The translations under genes were made by a program, and so were the position numbers. From Eledone cirrhosa (lineage: Eukaryota), in the NCBI GenBank assembly GCA_964016885.1, contig OZ024759.1:5146001-5210000 (forward strand): a stretch of 64,000 nucleotides of DNA, read 5' to 3'. Within the stretch, counting starts at the first letter, position 1. Each line of letters opens with the position of its first letter. This document shows, one piece after another, positions 63,951-64,000 of this stretch. The notes below the pieces were generated by a model that did no database searches, had not been told where the DNA came from, and worked only from the letters and a program-made list of their open reading frames with translations.

Positions 63951-64000
63951 CTGTCTGACAGTTGATACCTTTATAATCAGCACCACACATTCTACTATAA
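63951..64000 (-). CDS. 3' part of an EGF-like exon cut by the window edge, followed by two 57-bp copies of the exon's 3' half (to about 63840)
   Basis: ...MCGADYKGINCQT G|GTATGT, then GMCSSGRCGAGCGSSNCQT and GVCSNGGCGAGYKGSSC. The donor actually used is uncertain. Confidence 0.65.

Overview
Repeat-rich, AT-rich eukaryotic (animal) DNA. The SINE, RTE and C2H2-ZNF content looks like an octopod cephalopod; this is an inference from repeat style, not a database result. A minus-strand gene (or two paralogues) encodes MEGF/SREC-type EGF-like repeats in symmetric phase-1 exons of 138-144 bp, plus an F-type lectin (fucolectin/FTP)-like domain, at both ends of the window. Between these exon clusters lie several RTE LINEs, a gag/protease-deleted Gypsy LTR element, a stacked Helitron cluster, MITEs, tRNA-derived SINEs, a C2H2 zinc-finger pseudogene and several tandem arrays. 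The least expected signal is a set of type I hammerhead-ribozyme (HHR) motifs from at least four unrelated sequence families. They include a U3-A8 core variant, a version with a 105-nt helix II inside a 390-bp palindrome, and a pair 1240 bp apart with different helix II sequences. A 61-bp satellite derives from RTE coding sequence and already has a 976-bp higher-order repeat. All calls were made by eye; no searches or folding programs were run.
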